From an uncultured Verrucomicrobia subdivision 3 bacterium (lineage in GTDB: Bacteria; Verrucomicrobiota; Verrucomicrobiia; Limisphaerales; UBA8199), in the NCBI GenBank assembly GCA_903913865.1, contig CAIWMU010000098.1:6696-70695 (forward strand): DNA of 64,000 nt, given 5' to 3'. Within the stretch, counting starts at the first letter, position 1. Each line of letters begins with the position of its first letter. Below are positions 1-8,874 of the stretch, piece after piece. The position numbers and the translations under genes were made by a program. The notes below the pieces were generated by a model that did no database searches, was not told the origin of the DNA, and saw only the letters and a list, made by a program, of their open reading frames with translations.

Positions 1-127
1 CAAAAGAGCAAAGTATGAGTCAATTAGGGTAAGCAGATTTACGAAGGTCCAAAGAGGTCCGTCATGAAGTTCTACGCTTGGTCAGCGTAACGGGTGTTGG
101 CGCTGGTCGAAAATGTGGAATATTTTG

Positions 128-157
128 TTGACACACTTTGCGGTTGTTCTGTAAAAC
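128..157 (+). promoter_or_regulatory. putative sigma70 promoter of the polysaccharide export operon
   Basis: TTGACA at 128-133, then TAAAAC at 152-157 (18-nt spacer); the -10 is weak. Confidence 0.35.
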
Positions 158-214
158 GGTTCTGTTTAATAAAAGACGGCACCACAAGTCGGGGTGTGAT
201 TTAAGTTGATACAT

Positions 215-1474
215 ATGAAAAACATCGTTGCTTCAGTAGGACTGGTCGCGCTGGGCGCGTCTGGCTTTCAAAATGCCCAAGCCCAGAGCATGTCTAATCC
301 AGACAGCTCGAAGCCTTGGAGCGTCGCACTGTCCCTCCGCGGGTTCTACGACGACAACGTCAACTCGGTTCCCAGCAATTCCGGTCTGGTCACTGAGAGC
401 TTCGGCTATGACGTAAGCCCCTCGTTGAAGTTGGCTTGGTCCACCCCCCAGACCAGCTATTCCCTCGGCTACACCTACGCGATGAAGTATTATGAAAATC
501 GCCCGGCTCTCCGCGCCGACAAGACCGACAACACCCATTCTCTGGAAGGCAATCTGGAGCACCGTTTCACGGAGCGCCTCTCCGCTGAAGTGAGCGATAG
601 TTTTGTCATCGGTCAGGAACCGGACATGCTTCGTGCCGGCAATGCCTTCGATACCTTCCAACGTGTCTCGGGCAACAACATTCGTAACTTCGGTCGTGCC
701 AAGGTGACCACCCAACTGAGCAGCACGCTCGGTGCGACAGTCGGGTATGACAATGCCTACTTTAATTACGACGACCAGTATCTGTCCTCGATTCTGGATC
801 GCGTTGACCAGACCGTGCCGATTGAGGCGCTCGTCCAGCTGTCCCCCGAGACGCGGTTGATCACCGGTTACCGTTTCCGCGCCAGCGATTATAACTCCGG
901 CCTCCCGATCGCTTTCTCCGGTCTGACACCAATCATCAGTGATGTCCGCAATTCACATTCACACACCGGTTACCTCGGTGTGGACCATAACTTTACTCCG
1001 GACTTTACGGCATCCCTGAGGGGTGGTGCGGAATACAGCGATTATTACAACGATCCGTCCTCCTCCACGGAAGTCAGTCCCTACGCACAGGCAAGCGTCC
1101 GGTATACCTACGCTCAGGAAAGTTCCATTGAAGTGGGCGTGACCTATGACCGGACAGCCACCGATCTGGTTGGTTTTCAGGGAGCAGGATTCACGATGGA
1201 TGCGCAGAGTCTGGTTGTTTATGGATCTGTGACGCATCGGATCACCTCGAAGATTTACGGCAGCCTGTTGGGTCAGATTCAAAACTCTGATTACAACGGC
1301 GGTCTCTACAACAACAAGACCGACACCTTCTTTGTTGCCGGCTTGAATCTGGAGTATCGCATCAACCAGCACCTTTCGGCAAATGCGGGTTACAACCTTG
1401 ATCGTCTTGATTCCGACACCGGTCGCAGTTTCACCCGTAACAGGGTTTATTTGGGCGTGACAGCCCGTTATTGA
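215..1474 (+). CDS. outer-membrane beta-barrel protein, polysaccharide-export associated (BBP2/EpsX/WzpB-like)
   Basis: Signal peptide MKNIV...AQA; amphipathic Tyr/Gly-rich beta strands; C-terminal beta-signal YLGVTARY; directly upstream of wzc. Start moved from TTG 206 to ATG 215. Confidence 0.8.
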   Translation: MKNIVASVGLVALGASGFQNAQAQSMSNPDSSKPWSVALSLRGFYDDNVNSVPSNSGLVTESFGYDVSPSLKLAWSTPQTSYSLGYTYAMKYYENRPALRADKTDNTHSLEGNLEHRFTERLSAEVSDSFVIGQEPDMLRAGNAFDTFQRVSGNNIRNFGRAKVTTQLSSTLGATVGYDNAYFNYDDQYLSSILDRVDQTVPIEALVQLSPETRLITGYRFRASDYNSGLPIAFSGLTPIISDVRNSHSHTGYLGVDHNFTPDFTASLRGGAEYSDYYNDPSSSTEVSPYAQASVRYTYAQESSIEVGVTYDRTATDLVGFQGAGFTMDAQSLVVYGSVTHRITSKIYGSLLGQIQNSDYNGGLYNNKTDTFFVAGLNLEYRINQHLSANAGYNLDRLDSDTGRSFTRNRVYLGVTARY

Positions 1475-1495
1475 TATTGTTGGTTGTAATGACTC

Positions 1496-1533
1496 GGGGG
1501 CTTGGTTTATCATGACTGGCCCCCTTTTTCTTT
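1496..1533 (+). terminator. possible intra-operon intrinsic terminator or stabilising hairpin
   Basis: GGGGGC...GCCCCC stem followed by TTTTTCTTT, between the barrel gene and wzc. Confidence 0.4.
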
Positions 1534-1538
1534 AATTT

Positions 1539-3719
1539 ATGGATCAGTTAAAAACACAGTCGGCTCAGGAAGCCAAGCTGCACTTTCTCGATTACTGGCG
1601 TATCATCCGCATCCGCAAGACCGTCATTCTGGCCGTCTTTTTGCTGGTGGTGATCACCTCTACGCTGGTGACCTTCATCCTCACCGAGAAGTATTCGAGC
1701 AAGGCCCGTATCAAGATTGAACGGGATGCCCCGGATATTGCGGGGTTGGTTTCCCAGCAGATGCCGATGGCGTATGACCCTTACTTCATTCAGACAGAGT
1801 TTGAGGTCATCCAGTCGGAGTTAATCCTGGACCGGGTGGTTGAAGATCTGGGTCTGCGCCAGAAGTGGGGAAAAAAATTTATGGGGACCGATACCCTGAA
1901 GTCGTCGGAGACGATGACCCTGCTTCGGAACAGCATGGATCTCCGGCCCACACGGAATACGAGTTTGATCGAAATCAGTGTCTGGAGTGAAAGCGCCCAG
2001 GAGGCTGCCGACATTGCCAATAAGATTGCTGAGAGTTACAAGGATCACCGTCAGAAGCAGCGCCGCGACGCGAGCATGCGTGGCATTGACTCGCTGGAGA
2101 AGCGCTTTGTCGAGCAGGCCGTCAAGATCAAGGAGAAGCAGACGGAGGTTGAGAGGTTGCGGACGGATCTCAACATTCCTGACATGATGGCATCGGAAAA
2201 CGGCGGAACCATGCTGATGACCGCTGAAACACTCCGCAAGTTCGAGGCGCTTCGGATCGAGTCCCAGGCGGAGTTTGTCCGTCAGGACACCCTCCTGACG
2301 AGGCTCAAGAAGCTTCCTCCTGATGAATTGGCTCAGGCAATCCCCACGGCAGCCCAGGATCCTCTTCTGTCCTCGCTTTTGGAGCAGCTGACCCTGGCTG
2401 AGCAGAGGTTGGTTGTCGCGCGTAAGGATTACGGTCCCGAGCATGCTGAAGTGCTTAAATTGGGCGACCAGGTGAAGGATCTGCAGACGAAGATCACCAA
2501 GCGGGTTCAGGGAATTTTGATCGGCCTTGACGCAAGGGTGGCATCCCTCAAGGAGGGGTTGGAGAATCTGAAGCGTGAAGTTGAATCCTCAAAGCAGTTG
2601 GATATTCAAGAGGCGAACCGCAGCCGTCCCTACTTTGAAGCGAAGCGGGAACTGGAAGAGATGCAACGGTTCCGTCAGTTGTTGAATGCAAAGCTCTACG
2701 CCGAACGGACCGATGTGGAACTTCCGACGGGCGGCGTTGTTGAAATTGTTGACAAGGCAAAGGCAAGCCTGCGTCCGAGCAAGCCCAACAAGCCCTTGAA
2801 CATCGCCCTGGGTGTCATTATCGGTCTTGTTGTAGGTGTCGGCCTCGCATTCTTCATCGAATACCTGGATACCAGCGTGAAGACGATTGATGATGTTGAA
2901 CGCGCCCTGGGTGCTCCCGTGCTGGGTGTTATTCCGCAGAACGTCGGTATTCTACTGGATGAGGGTGTTGAAAGTCCTCATGCGGAAGCCTATCGTGTGC
3001 TGCGCACGAACCTTTTGTTCTCCCGCAAGGATGACAAGTTGAACACATGCGCCGTTGTGAGCGCAGGTGCCGGTGAAGGAAAATCAACCACGGTGTTCAA
3101 TCTGGCCGCAGTGTTCGCTCAGAGCGGATCCCGGGTGCTGGTGGTGGACTCCGACCTTCGGCGTCCGACCCTTCACAAAATGCTCAAGGTTTCGAACAGC
3201 ATCGGGTTGACGAACCTTTTGCTGCGTCAGAACAAGCTGGAAGAGGTGGTGCAGCGGACCACTGTTCCCACGCTCGACTTCATGCCCAGCGGCAAGCTGC
3301 CCAGCAGTTCTCTCGGCATTCTGAGTTCCCTCCAGATGAAGGAACTCATCACCGAACTCAAGCAGCACTATGATTTCGTGTTTTTCGACTCCCCACCGGT
3401 CATGGGTGTGAGCGATGCGTCCATTCTGGCCAGCGAAGTGGACATGGTTGTTCAGGTCATTCAATACCGCCGTTATCCGCAACCGATGAACATCCGCGCC
3501 AAGCAGATGATCGAAAAGGTGGGTGGAAATCTGATGGGTATTGTGTTGAACAACATCAACATGTCTCAGGACGAGAGCTACTACTACTACAGTGGCTATT
3601 ACCACGATTATTATTCGCGCAACGACGACCAGGATCCGGCTGCCGCAGGCAAGGAGAAGGACAAGGATGGCAAGCCTCCCGGCGACCAAGCCAAGTTGGA
3701 GATCAAGAAGAAGTATTGA
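1539..3719 (+). CDS. wzc: polysaccharide co-polymerase / BY-kinase (Wzc family)
   Basis: Two TM helices flanking a coiled-coil periplasmic domain; Walker A GAGEGKST, A' VDSDLRRP, B FFDSPP; C-terminal Tyr cluster YYYYSGYYHDYY. Confidence 0.93.
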   Translation: MDQLKTQSAQEAKLHFLDYWRIIRIRKTVILAVFLLVVITSTLVTFILTEKYSSKARIKIERDAPDIAGLVSQQMPMAYDPYFIQTEFEVIQSELILDRVVEDLGLRQKWGKKFMGTDTLKSSETMTLLRNSMDLRPTRNTSLIEISVWSESAQEAADIANKIAESYKDHRQKQRRDASMRGIDSLEKRFVEQAVKIKEKQTEVERLRTDLNIPDMMASENGGTMLMTAETLRKFEALRIESQAEFVRQDTLLTRLKKLPPDELAQAIPTAAQDPLLSSLLEQLTLAEQRLVVARKDYGPEHAEVLKLGDQVKDLQTKITKRVQGILIGLDARVASLKEGLENLKREVESSKQLDIQEANRSRPYFEAKRELEEMQRFRQLLNAKLYAERTDVELPTGGVVEIVDKAKASLRPSKPNKPLNIALGVIIGLVVGVGLAFFIEYLDTSVKTIDDVERALGAPVLGVIPQNVGILLDEGVESPHAEAYRVLRTNLLFSRKDDKLNTCAVVSAGAGEGKSTTVFNLAAVFAQSGSRVLVVDSDLRRPTLHKMLKVSNSIGLTNLLLRQNKLEEVVQRTTVPTLDFMPSGKLPSSSLGILSSLQMKELITELKQHYDFVFFDSPPVMGVSDASILASEVDMVVQVIQYRRYPQPMNIRAKQMIEKVGGNLMGIVLNNINMSQDESYYYYSGYYHDYYSRNDDQDPAAAGKEKDKDGKPPGDQAKLEIKKKY

Positions 3720-3760
3720 TGTCGAGACCCTGGAAAGGACTTGGAAGACCAGCAGAACGA

Positions 3761-4432
3761 ATGAAGAATATTGTTAACATGATAATGGGCCGCTGGAAGG
3801 CGGGATTGGCGGGATTGGCTGCAGTGTGCATCGTTTCAGGATGCCAAACAACCTCCCCTGAGGGTTCCTTTGTGGATCCTGGAGTTTCAAACACCCCGCC
3901 GGTGGCGGCACCGACCCCGACCCCGGCGCCAGTCACCGAGGAAGGGACAACGGAAATGCTCAGACCGGGGGATTCCATTGTTGTTACATTCTCTGACCTT
4001 CCCACTCCCACTGCGCCCTTCGAAGAGCGAATCAAGCCGGATGGGACGATCACTCTTCTTCACAACAAGACCTTCACCGCTGCAGGCAAGTTGCGCGGTG
4101 TACTGGAGAAGGAAATCCGTGCGTGTTACGTGCCGAATCTGTACGTGAACCTGACCGTCACAGTGAAGCAGCAGGAAAGCACGCGCTTTTACTCTGTAGG
4201 TGGTGAGGTTCGGTCTCCGGGCAGGCAGGTTTACATCAGTCGTCTGACCGTCATTAAAGCCCTCCAGTCCGCCGGTGACTTCACTGACTTCGCAAAGAAG
4301 AACAAGGTGCAGCTTACGCGGGTTGATGGACGGACATTCATTGTTGATGTGACCAAGGCGCTCAAGAATCCGAAGCTGGATCTTGAGGTTTATCCTGGCG
4401 ACACGATCCATGTTGAGCGCAAGATCTGGTAA
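3761..4432 (+). CDS. short OPX (Wza-like) polysaccharide export lipoprotein, Poly_export + one SLBB domain
   Basis: Lipobox IVSGC; LRPGD and PDGTITL PES motif; GGEVRSPG...AGDFTDFA SLBB; ends PGDTIHV. Start could be 3761 or a downstream ATG. Confidence 0.88.
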   Translation: MKNIVNMIMGRWKAGLAGLAAVCIVSGCQTTSPEGSFVDPGVSNTPPVAAPTPTPAPVTEEGTTEMLRPGDSIVVTFSDLPTPTAPFEERIKPDGTITLLHNKTFTAAGKLRGVLEKEIRACYVPNLYVNLTVTVKQQESTRFYSVGGEVRSPGRQVYISRLTVIKALQSAGDFTDFAKKNKVQLTRVDGRTFIVDVTKALKNPKLDLEVYPGDTIHVERKIW

Positions 4433-4819
4433 ATGATCCTGTTGAAAGTTCTTTCAGGAAACAAGGCGGGCACCGAGGTGGTGGCCCGCCGTTTTCCTTT
4501 TAATGTGGGGCGCCAGGCCGCCGCAGATCTCCGGTTGGAGGATGGGGGTGTCTGGGAGGATCATTTCCGGATTGAGTTGAGCAGGAAGGATGGACTGCTC
4601 ATTTTCACCAGACCGGAGGCTGTCACCACCCTGAACGGTGAGGCGATTCGCGAGGGAACCGTTCGTAATGGTGATGTAATTGGCGCCGGTTCTGCCCGCA
4701 TGCGAGCATGGCTCAGCAGTGCCAGGCAGAGTTCCGGAATGCTTCGCGAAGGGCTTGCCTGGGCGGTGATCGTGGGCGTCACCCTTGCCCAGATTGTTTT
4801 GATTTACTTCCTGAGCTGA
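4433..4819 (+). CDS. FHA-domain protein with C-terminal TM helix
   Basis: VGR...ADLRL..GVWEDH...LNG...GDVIGAG FHA pattern; hydrophobic C-terminus; ATG directly after the OPX stop. Confidence 0.75.
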   Translation: MILLKVLSGNKAGTEVVARRFPFNVGRQAAADLRLEDGGVWEDHFRIELSRKDGLLIFTRPEAVTTLNGEAIREGTVRNGDVIGAGSARMRAWLSSARQSSGMLREGLAWAVIVGVTLAQIVLIYFLS

Positions 4820-4862
4820 CGATGGCGATGCTCAAGGGCATTCCGCTCACTACGAGATTCAC

Positions 4863-6416
4863 TCAGTGACGGAAGTGCCTGGTTCCGGTGAAAGCCATCG
4901 CAAGGTTGCGTAGGTTTGCAGCCTCGATGACCTCGGTATCGCGGACCGATCCGCCGGGTTGGATTGCGGCGCTCGCGCCGGCCTCCGCAGCTGCCACCAG
5001 CCCATCCGCAAAAGGGAAGAAGGCATCACTGCACACAACGCTGCCCTTGAGGGACAGTCCCGCTTCGCCAGCCTTCCAGACTGCGATGCGGCTCGCATCG
5101 ACCCGGCTCATCTGACCGGCCCCGATCCCGAGTGTGCGGTCTTCCGCCACATAAACGATCGCGTTGGATTTGACGTGCTTCACAATACGCCAGCCGAACA
5201 GCATGGCACGAAGTTCACTCTCAGTGGGCTGACGCTGCGTCACGACCTTCAGATCGGCTGCGCCAGTGCGCCGGGTATCGCGCTGCTGTAAGAGATAGGA
5301 ATCAGAGCCCACTCCGCGGAGGTCCCAGAGATTTGAAGGGGCCGGAGTTTTGAGCATCCGAATGAGTCGCAAATTCTTTTTCTGCCGCAAAACATCCAGA
5401 GCTGCCGGTGAAAAGTCAGGGGCCACAATGACCTCACTGAAGATGCCAGCGATTTCCTGGGCTGTATCACCATCCAGTGGAGTGTTTACGGCGATAATAC
5501 CGCCGAATGGGGCCTGACGGTCCGTCGCATAGGCCTTCTGCCAGGCACTCCGCAAGGCGTCGGCCTGAGCCGCACCACAAGGATTGGTGTGCTTCAGGAT
5601 CGCCAGAGTGGGGATTTCGCCCTGGAATTCATTGATGAGGGCCGCCGCAGCGGTTAGATCCAGAATGTTGTTGTAGGAGAGTTCCTTCCCGTGCAACTGC
5701 TCGAAGTGCTTGTGAAAATCGCCATACAGGGCGGCCTGCTGGTGGGGGTTCTCTCCGTAGCGCAACGGCTGGGCAAGGGGAGCACGCAGTGACAGGCTCT
5801 GGGGCAGCGAAGCGCTTGCTTCAGGTGTGAAGATTTTTTGGAGATGCGAGGCAATTGCCGCGTCGTAGGAGGCGGTGCGGGCGAAGACCTTGGCCGCGAG
5901 TTGCCGACGCAGTTCCAGCGTTGTGCCTCCGTTTGACTCAATCTGGCGGGCCACCTCCGCATAGTCGGATGGATCGATGACCACCGTGACGCTATCGTGG
6001 TTCTTCGCGGCGCTGCGCAGCATGGAGGGGCCGCCGATATCAATGTTTTCGATGGCGTCGTGAAGTGTTGCATCCGGTCGGGCAACCGTTTGCTCAAACG
6101 GGTAGAGGTTCACCACAACGAGGTCAATGGGCCGGATCCCGTGGGCGGCCACTGCTGCCTCGTGGGTTTCGTTGCCCCGAATGTAAAGCAGGCCTCCATG
6201 AACCAGTGGATGGAGCGTCTTCACGCGGCCATCCAGCATCTCTGGAAACCCGGTGAAGGCACTGAGATCTGTGACGGTCAAACCTGCCTCCCTGAGGGTT
6301 TTGGCGGTGCCACCTGTTGAAATTAAATCGACGCCAGAAGCCACAAGGGCCTGGGCCAGGGTCACAAGACCCGTTTTGTCTGATACCGAGAGTAAGGCGC
6401 GTTGGATTTTTGCCAT
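4863..6416 (-). CDS. purH: bifunctional AICAR transformylase / IMP cyclohydrolase
   Basis: [54 protein letters not shown]-terminal RHFRH. Confidence 0.98.
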   Translation of the reverse strand: MAKIQRALLSVSDKTGLVTLAQALVASGVDLISTGGTAKTLREAGLTVTDLSAFTGFPEMLDGRVKTLHPLVHGGLLYIRGNETHEAAVAAHGIRPIDLVVVNLYPFEQTVARPDATLHDAIENIDIGGPSMLRSAAKNHDSVTVVIDPSDYAEVARQIESNGGTTLELRRQLAAKVFARTASYDAAIASHLQKIFTPEASASLPQSLSLRAPLAQPLRYGENPHQQAALYGDFHKHFEQLHGKELSYNNILDLTAAAALINEFQGEIPTLAILKHTNPCGAAQADALRSAWQKAYATDRQAPFGGIIAVNTPLDGDTAQEIAGIFSEVIVAPDFSPAALDVLRQKKNLRLIRMLKTPAPSNLWDLRGVGSDSYLLQQRDTRRTGAADLKVVTQRQPTESELRAMLFGWRIVKHVKSNAIVYVAEDRTLGIGAGQMSRVDASRIAVWKAGEAGLSLKGSVVCSDAFFPFADGLVAAAEAGASAAIQPGGSVRDTEVIEAANLRNLAMAFTGTRHFRH

Positions 6417-6470
6417 GCAGGGGGAATACAATCCCGCAACCTTGAGACGCAGTCAAAAAGAAAACGCGGA

Positions 6471-7184
6471 CTAGCGTTGATCAGATTCTTCTGTGGCAGG
6501 TATTTCTAACCCGGCGGACGTCTCTTCGGTGGGCTCAAGGCTGGCATAATGAACACCCAGATTGTGCTGGGCCGTTTTGTCACCCTGCCTTGCGGCGCGG
6601 CAAAACCAACGGACAGCCTCACTGACATCCAGCGGCACGCCCCTCCCTGTTTTGTAGCAGAGGCCCAGATTGCACTGTGCGGGTGCGCATTCCTGTTCGG
6701 CTGCGAGGCGATACCATTTCACAGCCTCCTCAAGGTTCTGGGGAACAACCTGTCCAGTCTCGTAAAAGACACCCAGATTAAACTGTGCCTGGGGTTCCCC
6801 CTGATCGGCGGCGGCATGATACCATTTTACGGCCTCGACGTAGTTCATGGAAACTCCCTGCCCGGTCTCGTAGAGGACGCCGAGGTTGAACTGTGCTGCG
6901 GGATCGCCCCGTTCTGCAGCCTCCCTGAACCACTGGGCTGCCTGGCCAAACTCCTGGGGGACGCCGGAGCCGGTCTGGTAGCAGTAGCCGAGGTAGCACT
7001 GCGCTGTTGTGTCGTCCTGATCCGCCGCACGGCGAAACCACTTTACGGCCTCGGCGTAGTCCTGAGGCACCCCCTGACCTGTCTGGTAGCAAATTCCGAG
7101 GGAGCATTGAGCAGAGGACTCCCCATGCTCGGCGTCTTTGCGCATTTCATCGAAGGTGTGCCAGGTGCGGCGGTTCGTTTGCAT
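6471..7184 (-). CDS. Sel1-repeat (SLR) protein
   Basis: Five full 36-aa AQxNLGxxYxxGxGVxQxxxEAxxWxxxAAxQG repeats plus a partial sixth; no signal peptide; start uncertain. Confidence 0.9.
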   Translation of the reverse strand: MQTNRRTWHTFDEMRKDAEHGESSAQCSLGICYQTGQGVPQDYAEAVKWFRRAADQDDTTAQCYLGYCYQTGSGVPQEFGQAAQWFREAAERGDPAAQFNLGVLYETGQGVSMNYVEAVKWYHAAADQGEPQAQFNLGVFYETGQVVPQNLEEAVKWYRLAAEQECAPAQCNLGLCYKTGRGVPLDVSEAVRWFCRAARQGDKTAQHNLGVHYASLEPTEETSAGLEIPATEESDQR

Positions 7185-7246
7185 GCTGTTTTGTTGGCAT
7201 CCCCTTTCGGTTCGGTTGCCTGAGGAGAGCATAAGGGGCTTTGGGT

Positions 7247-8812
7247 TTATTTCAAGGCCTCACTACGGGGGGCGGGATTCCCGGGCATCCTGCCCTGTTG
7301 AACGATCTTGTTCAGGCTTTCCTTGCAAAGGGTTCGCTTATCGCTGGCCTTGGTCACCAGATTGGTCCCTTCTGAGGGATCGGTGGAAAGGTCATAGATC
7401 TGCCCGGCGGCATCGTTCCCGTAATCGGTTTGCGTGTATGTGTTCTGCTTGGGGCCGTTCGAGGATGTTATGTATTTCCAAGTGCCCAGACGCAGGGACA
7501 AAGTCGATGCATGCTCGACGGCTGAACTTCGACCTTTGCGGTCGCGGCCCAGAAGGGCTGGGAGGGCATTCAAGCTGTCCGGCGCCTGTCCGGCCTTGAT
7601 TTGGGTGCCGGCAAGCTTCGCGAAACTTGCGATGAAGTCCACCTGGCTGAACAGGGCCTTTGACACCCCCGGCTTGATCCTCCCGGGCCAGCGCACGAGC
7701 ATGGGAACACGGGTTCCCGCCTCGAAGTTGCTGTATTTGCCGCCGCGCAAGTATCCGGCTGGCTTGTGGCCATTCAGGTTCTCGACCGATCCATCCCGGT
7801 AACCATCGTCGACCACGGGGCCGTTGTCACTCGTCAGGACGACAAGGGTGTTTGAGGCCAACCCCAGCCGGTCGAGGGCGTTCAACAGTTGTCCAACGCA
7901 CCAGTCGAATTCGGCGATGGCATCCCCCCGGATCCCGGAAGAACTGGTCCCGACAAATCTTGGGTGCGGCAGTCGGGGCACGTGGGGGTCATGGGACGCG
8001 AAATAGAGGAAGAAGCGCTGACCCCGGCTCTCCTCAATAAAACGGAGTGCCCGGGCTGTGAAGGTGTCGGCCATGTCCTCATCCTTCCAAAGAGCCGCCT
8101 TGCCTCCGGTCATATAACCGATACGGCTGACACCATTGATAATGGTCTGGTCGTGGCCGTGGCTGGGGTGCAGTTTGAGGAACTCCGGATTCTTTTTTCC
8201 GGTAGGTTCGTTGCCGACCGGGGCGCCAAAGCTCACCCGGATCGGATCGTTGGGATCAAGTCCGACGACCCGCTGGTTTTCCACAAAGACACACGGCACC
8301 CGGTCCCCCGTGGCGGGCATGAGGAAACTATAATCGAAGCCCAGTTCGGAAGGTCCCGGGCGGATGTGCCCATTCCAATCAGGACCACCCTTGGCCCCCA
8401 GACCGAGGTGCCACTTGCCGACTACGCCGGTGCGGTAGCCGACCTGCTTCAGCACCGTTGCCAGAGTTGTCTGCATGGGTTCAATGACAAGGGCGGCATC
8501 TCCTGGCAGAACCCCGGTGCCGGCCTTGCGCCACGGATATTCGCCGGTCAGGAACGCATAGCGGGAGGGGGTGCAGGTGGCGGATGTCGCGTGGGCATCG
8601 GTGAAACGCAATCCCTCCTTTGCCAAGCGGTCCATGGACGGTGTTTTGACGCCGGTTCCACCGTAACATGCCGGGTCTCCGAACCCGAGATCGTCGGCCA
8701 TGATAAAGAGAATGTTGGGTGCGGATGCTGCTGCCCACGCCATTTCAGGGTTGGCGTAAAGCAGGAGGGTCGTGAGGAATGATTGGAGGCAGAGCGTGCG
8801 GAGCCTGTTCAT
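7247..8812 (-). CDS. arylsulfatase (Cys-type, formylglycine-dependent sulfatase family S1)
   Basis: Signal peptide; PNILFIMADDLG; CTPSRYAFLTG; GKWHLG; TSDNG; RGGKYS. Confidence 0.95.
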   Translation of the reverse strand: MNRLRTLCLQSFLTTLLLYANPEMAWAAASAPNILFIMADDLGFGDPACYGGTGVKTPSMDRLAKEGLRFTDAHATSATCTPSRYAFLTGEYPWRKAGTGVLPGDAALVIEPMQTTLATVLKQVGYRTGVVGKWHLGLGAKGGPDWNGHIRPGPSELGFDYSFLMPATGDRVPCVFVENQRVVGLDPNDPIRVSFGAPVGNEPTGKKNPEFLKLHPSHGHDQTIINGVSRIGYMTGGKAALWKDEDMADTFTARALRFIEESRGQRFFLYFASHDPHVPRLPHPRFVGTSSSGIRGDAIAEFDWCVGQLLNALDRLGLASNTLVVLTSDNGPVVDDGYRDGSVENLNGHKPAGYLRGGKYSNFEAGTRVPMLVRWPGRIKPGVSKALFSQVDFIASFAKLAGTQIKAGQAPDSLNALPALLGRDRKGRSSAVEHASTLSLRLGTWKYITSSNGPKQNTYTQTDYGNDAAGQIYDLSTDPSEGTNLVTKASDKRTLCKESLNKIVQQGRMPGNPAPRSEALK

Positions 8813-8874
8813 GGATTTGACATGTTGAACCTGAAGGAACTCTACGGTTCATCGCAGGTCGTGGTCAAAGCGAA

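Noticed and set aside
215-3775. Both the barrel and the OPX protein begin MKNIV
   Set aside because: Different codons and only five residues; the OPX start is itself uncertain, so likely coincidence
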